From Cereibacter sphaeroides 2.4.1 (GTDB lineage: Bacteria; Pseudomonadota; Alphaproteobacteria; Rhodobacterales; Rhodobacteraceae): 32,000 nt of DNA. The stretch spans positions 82,180 to 114,179 of the forward strand of contig NC_007488.2 in assembly GCF_000012905.2 (NCBI RefSeq), written 5' to 3'. The notes under the pieces were generated by a model that was not told the DNA's origin, searched no databases, and was given only the letters and a program-made list of their open reading frames with translations. The translations under genes were made by a program, and so were the position numbers. Shown piece by piece: positions 30,578 to 32,000 of this stretch (position 1 is its first letter; each line of letters starts with the position of its first letter).

Positions 30578-31642
30578 TCAGGCGCGGCCGAAATCGACCC
30601 GCGCCACCGAGCCGCGCGCGATGAGGCGGGTGGGAAAGCGCACCTGGCGGGCCGGCTGGTCGCTGCCCTCGATGCGCTCGAGCAGCATCTTCGTGGCCAG
30701 AGGTCCGATCTGGCCCACGGGCTGCGCCACGACGGTGATCTGCGGATCGGTGAAGGTGGCGAGGTCGAAGTCGTCGAAACCGATCAGCGACACGTCGCGC
30801 GGCACGGCAAGCCCCATCGAGCGCAGCGCGAGCAGCGCCCCCGTCGTCATCAGACTGTCCACGGTGAAAAGCGCGGTCGGCCGCTCGGGCCGGCTGAACA
30901 GGCGGATCGTGGCGTCGATGGCATGTTCGACCGTCGATTGCGACACGGCGATGAGCCGGTCTTCGGCCGGTAGCCCCGCCTCGGCCAGCGCGCGCAGATA
31001 GCCCTCGCGCCGCTGCCGGGCGGTGGCGATACGCGAGGCGTCGTGGATCAGCGCGATCCGCCGGTGCCCGTTCGCGATCAGCAGGCCGATGGCCTCGTGC
31101 GCGCCGCCCTCGTTGTCGACCGTCACGCTGTCGCACTCCATCCCCGGCAGCTCGCGGTCGATCAGCACGAGCGGCACGCCCTCGCGCACCAGCCGCGCCA
31201 GATGGCGGTTGTCGCCCTCGGAGGCGGGGGCCACGATCATGCCGCGCACATTCAGCGCGCGCAGATTGTCGAGCAGGCCCTGCTCCTGCGCGAGGCTCTC
31301 GTCGCTGCTGGCGATGAGCAGACTGTGCCGGCTCCGGCGCAGAGCCGCATCGATGTCATGGGCCACGCGGGCGAAAAACGGGTTCTGGATGTCGCCGGGC
31401 ACGAAGCCCACGATGGGCATCTGCCCCTGCCGCAGCGCCTGCGCGATCCGGTTGCCGCGGTAGCCCAGCCGCTCGGCCGCCTCCTGCACCCGCCGCGCGG
31501 CCTCGTCGCCCACATAGCCGTAGCCGTTCAGCGCCCGCGCCGCCGTCGCCCGGGACACCTGCGCGGCCGCGGCGACGTCCTTGACCGTCACCGCGCGCTT
31601 CACGGCCCGGGGCGGCCCGTCTTCTGCCACTGGACTCTCCAT
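30578..31642 (-). CDS. LacI-family transcriptional regulator
   Basis: 354 aa. The HTH is VTVKDVAAAAQVSRATAARALNGYGYVGDEAARRVQEAAERLGYRGNRIAQAL, followed by a periplasmic-binding-protein-like sugar-binding core. GTG at 31630, preceded by GGAGAG, is an alternative start. Confidence 0.9.
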   Translation of the reverse strand: MESPVAEDGPPRAVKRAVTVKDVAAAAQVSRATAARALNGYGYVGDEAARRVQEAAERLGYRGNRIAQALRQGQMPIVGFVPGDIQNPFFARVAHDIDAALRRSRHSLLIASSDESLAQEQGLLDNLRALNVRGMIVAPASEGDNRHLARLVREGVPLVLIDRELPGMECDSVTVDNEGGAHEAIGLLIANGHRRIALIHDASRIATARQRREGYLRALAEAGLPAEDRLIAVSQSTVEHAIDATIRLFSRPERPTALFTVDSLMTTGALLALRSMGLAVPRDVSLIGFDDFDLATFTDPQITVVAQPVGQIGPLATKMLLERIEGSDQPARQVRFPTRLIARGSVARVDFGRA

Positions 31643-32000
31643 TGCGCGCGGTGGAACGGCCTTCCGCTTACCAGAGGAAGGCCCGTTCCTTCAAGCCGCG
31701 CGCCGTGCCGGATACCCGCGCCCCGCCGTCCGGCATCGCCACGAGGCCCGGGCGCCGCTGTTTCCCGACCGGCGCAAGGCCCTGACAGCCCGCGCCCGGC
31801 GAGGCTGATGCGGATGTCGTCAGGCTCTCCTGCCTCTCGTCCCCACCGCTGAAAAGGCTTTCCGATCCGACCGCCGGCGGCGGAGCCGCAACCCACGGCG
31901 CCGCCCAATGCAATCCGCGCCCGCCTCCATGCAACATAACTATCCTTATCCGTTCTGTCGGTGTAAGCGCAAAGTAGAATTGTCGCATCCAAGCAAAGTA

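Noticed and set aside
31581-31992. Small ORFs 31581..31808(+), 31600..31992(-) and 31668..31988(-) upstream of the LacI gene
   Set aside because: They are mutually overlapping and Arg/Gly/Ala-rich, with no start context or motifs, and one overlaps the LacI start. The region is better treated as non-coding.
1-32000. Search for CRISPR arrays, IS elements or transposases, integrases, phage genes, toxin-antitoxin pairs, restriction-modification or other defence modules, and tRNA/rRNA genes
   Set aside because: I found no regularly spaced direct repeats, terminal inverted repeats, DDE or tyrosine-recombinase-like translations, or nuclease, helicase or methylase motifs. Every sizeable frame is explained by a metabolic, transport or regulatory gene, so I make no defence-system claim.

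Overview
This is a very GC-rich window with G/C-dominated third codon positions, resembling a Rhodobacteraceae-type alphaproteobacterial replicon; that assignment is inferred from composition and gene style and was not checked. It is densely coding. I support 33 CDS, one of them truncated at the left edge, plus several stem-loops and candidate operators. I saw no rRNA, tRNA, CRISPR array, transposase, integrase, phage gene or recognisable defence or toxin-antitoxin module. Many long ORFs in the track are Arg/Ala/Gly/Pro-rich shadow ORFs, antisense to or frame-shifted against clearly recognisable genes, and I rejected them.

The window has three blocks.

(1) 1-9542: a GntR regulator and a partial SDR on the minus strand. 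They diverge from a nine-gene plus-strand operon encoding a 3-hydroxyacyl-CoA-dehydrogenase-family enzyme, a BKACE/DUF849 beta-keto-acid cleavage enzyme, a five-component Liv-type ABC importer, an SDR and an alpha/beta hydrolase.

(2) 9592-13981: an SDR divergent from a LysR regulator. The regulator is followed by an ACAD-fold flavin monooxygenase, an SDR and a flavin reductase, i.e. a two-component monooxygenase cluster.

(3) 14141-31642: a ~17.5 kb accessory-looking catabolic island, the most interesting part of the window.
- A nine-gene minus-strand set runs from the LacI regulator through an FrlB-like SIS protein, a CUT1 sugar-type SBP, two permeases, a FrlC-like TIM barrel, a FrlD-like kinase and an FAD oxidoreductase to a MalK-like ATPase.
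- A plus-strand pair encodes an asparaginase homologue and a HutC/UTRA GntR regulator.
- A seven-gene minus-strand operon encodes a polar-amino-acid ABC importer, a small ORF, an argininosuccinate-lyase-family enzyme and a second FrlB-like SIS protein.

The parts resemble known fructosamine (Amadori) and opine systems (E. coli frl, B. subtilis frlBONMD, Salmonella fra, Agrobacterium soc/moc). The combination is unusual: an ArgH-like C-N lyase, a cytoplasmic asparaginase variant, an FAD oxidase and a degenerate SIS paralogue. I cannot establish novelty without database searches.
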